From positions 7,737,214-7,757,213 of the forward strand of contig NC_057754.1 in the NCBI RefSeq assembly GCF_004010195.1: DNA of 20,000 bases, written 5' to 3'. Each line of letters opens with the position of its first letter. The first letter of the stretch is position 1. Shown in pieces: positions 18,164 through 20,000 of the stretch. The translations under genes were made by a program, and so were the position numbers. The DNA is from Chiloscyllium plagiosum. Taxonomy: Eukaryota. The notes below the pieces were generated by a model. It was not told the origin of the DNA and made no database searches. It was given only the letters and a program-made list of their open reading frames with translations.

Positions 18164-18852
18164 CAATCCCCAAACTAATCCCACTGACCCCACTCTCCCC
18201 ATAGCCCTGTATCAATCCCCAAACTAATCCCACTGCCCCACTCTCTCCCCATAGCCCTGTATCAATCCCCAAACTAATCCCACNNNNNNNNNNNNNNNNN
18301 NNNNNNNNNNNNNNNNNNNNNNNNNNNNNNNNNNNNNNNNNNNNNNNNNNNNNNNNNNNNNNNNNNNNNNNNNNNNNNNNNNNNNNNNNNNNNNNNNNNN
18401 NNNNNNNNNNNNNNNNNNNNNNNNNNNNNNNNNNNNNNNNNNNNNNNNNNNNNNNNNNNNNNNNNNNNNNNNNNNNNNNNNNNNNNNNNNNNNNNNNNNN
18501 NNNNNNNNNNNNNNNNNNNNNNNNNNNNNNNNNNNNNNNNNNNNNNNNNNNNTCCCCAAACTAATCCCACTGCCCCGCTCTCTCCCCATAGCCCTGTGTC
18601 AATCCCCAAACTAATCCCACTGCCCCACTCTCTCCCCATAGCCCTGTAGCAATCCCAACCTAATCCCACTGCCCCACTCTCCCCATAGCCCTGCATCAAT
18701 CCCCAAACTAATCCCACTCTCTCCCCATAGCCATGTATCAATCCTCAAACTAATCCCACTGTCCCACTCTCTCCCCATAGCCCAAAATAACCCCAACCTA
18801 ATCCCACTGGCCCTCTCGCTCCCCACACAGCCCCTATCTATCCTCAAACTAT
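18164..18852. repeat. 48-50-bp minisatellite spanning an assembly gap
   Basis: Unit aatccccaaactaatcccactgccccactctctccccatagccctgtatc on both sides of the N run. Confidence 0.93.
18284..18552. other. Assembly gap (269 N)
   Basis: Run of N inside the minisatellite. Confidence 0.99.
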
Positions 18853-19389
18853 TAATCCTCATACTGTTCCGCTGAACCCTCACTTTATATACCTTTAACG
18901 CTCTTCCCTACTGTCGGGAGTGTATACTGTTCCCACTGTGCGAACTATCCAAGCCAGGTCGCACGTAATAGCATGACCTTTAATCGCACCTTTAACGCAG
19001 TGTCTGTGTGTCACTTGTTGACTTTACTCAAAAGCAGAGAGTGCGTGCTCCGAGAGCTTGGCTCAAGGGAGCACCTCAAAAGCTCGGAGAAGTGAGTTGG
19101 GAAGGGGACTCCAGAGCTTTGGTTCCCAATCCGAAGAACAGAAGTACGGGGGGTTGCGGGTGGGGCTGTGGTGCCACGGAGTAATTGGAAAACGAGGTCG
19201 AGAGCTTTGAGAACAGGACTTGCTTCACAGGACAGTGAACACAACGGCTTGGACGATCGGGATGTGGCAGGAGTAGGCCGTGGGGCAGTAAACCTCTGAA
19301 CGCCTCCAGAAGGGAGAACGTGGGAGGTTGGGCTGAAGACCCAAGTTACGGATGAAGGCTTCAGTGGGATTATTGATGGGCGATGTAAC

Positions 19390-19545
19390 ACAGAGAGAAG
19401 TCTACAGCACGGAGACAAGGACCTTCAGCCCACTAAATCTGTACCATTTCAAATGTTCCTAACTGTTCTAACCCCATTTCCCAGCACCTGGCCCGTAGCT
19501 TTGGCATTGCAAGTGCACATCTCAATCCTTCTTCAACATGATGCA
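19390..19545 (-). mobile_element. Degraded CR1-type LINE 3' tail
   Basis: tctacagcacggagacaaggaccttcagccca...ccccatttcccagcacctggcccgtagc parallels the other minus-strand tails. Confidence 0.55.
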
Positions 19546-19728
19546 GGTTTCTGGGAGGGCCGAGTCGATTTTGGAAAAGAAACCTCCCAATCGATGGGAG
19601 GATGGGTTGTGCTATTCAGTGGAGGACTTTGGTCAGAATAGCACCGTCTACAGACGCAACACAGAGGTACAGGGGCAGTTGTTTTTGAGGTAGGGATGGG
19701 GATTGGTTCTGGAACAGTGGCCTGAACT

Positions 19729-20000
19729 GGGCGGCATGGTGCCTCAGTGGTTAGCACTGCTACCTCACAGCACTAGGGATCCAAGTTCGATTCTACCCTC
19801 GGGCGACTGCCTGTGTGGAGTTAGCACATTCTCCCCGTGTCTGCGTGGGTTTCCTCCCACAGTCCAAAGGTGTGCAGGTTAGGGTGGATTGGCCATGCTA
19901 AATTGCCCCATAGTGCCCAGGGATGTGCAGGTTAGGGTGGATTGGCCGTGCTAAATTGTCCCATAATGCCATGGGATGTGCAGGTTAGGGTGGATTGGCC
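19729..20000 (+). mobile_element. HE1-type V-SINE (runs off the window), with 53-bp units from ~19871
   Basis: gggcggcatggtgcctcagtggttagcactgctacctcacagcactagggatccaagttcgattc...gtgtggagttagcacattctccccgtgtctgcgtgggtttcctccc. Confidence 0.92.

Noticed and set aside
19011..19418. 135-aa Ser/Pro-rich minus-strand ORF as the canonical B56beta N-terminal exon
   Set aside because: Lacks the conserved SSQFR...LPLLK motif and a convincing phase-1 donor; starts within a LINE tail remnant.

Overview
Eukaryotic, repeat-dense genomic DNA, almost certainly from an elasmobranch (shark/ray). This is inferred from four HE1-type V-SINEs, many CR1/HER1-type LINE fragments and DeuSINE-like remnants. The only well-supported host gene signal is a 197-bp coding exon (9966-10162, minus strand) of a PP2A B56 regulatory subunit, most like PPP2R5B; most of the window is therefore probably intronic. 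Most interesting signals: (i) several short Penelope-like remnants from apparently three families, some with target-site duplications and inverted ends, carrying minimal hammerhead-ribozyme cores (CUGAUGA...GAAA); (ii) a candidate alternative first coding exon (10991-11033) that splices in frame to the B56 exon, with a nearby candidate promoter, overlapping uORF and a CpG-rich 33-bp VNTR; (iii) repeated conversion of retroposon sub-segments into minisatellites (53 bp from HE1, 33/35 bp from a DeuSINE-like element, 48-50 bp from the CR1 ORF2 stop region). Two assembly gaps (7568-8067, 18284-18552). No CRISPR or prokaryotic system. Repeat family names come from recall of consensus sequences, not from a database search, and many repeat boundaries are approximate.
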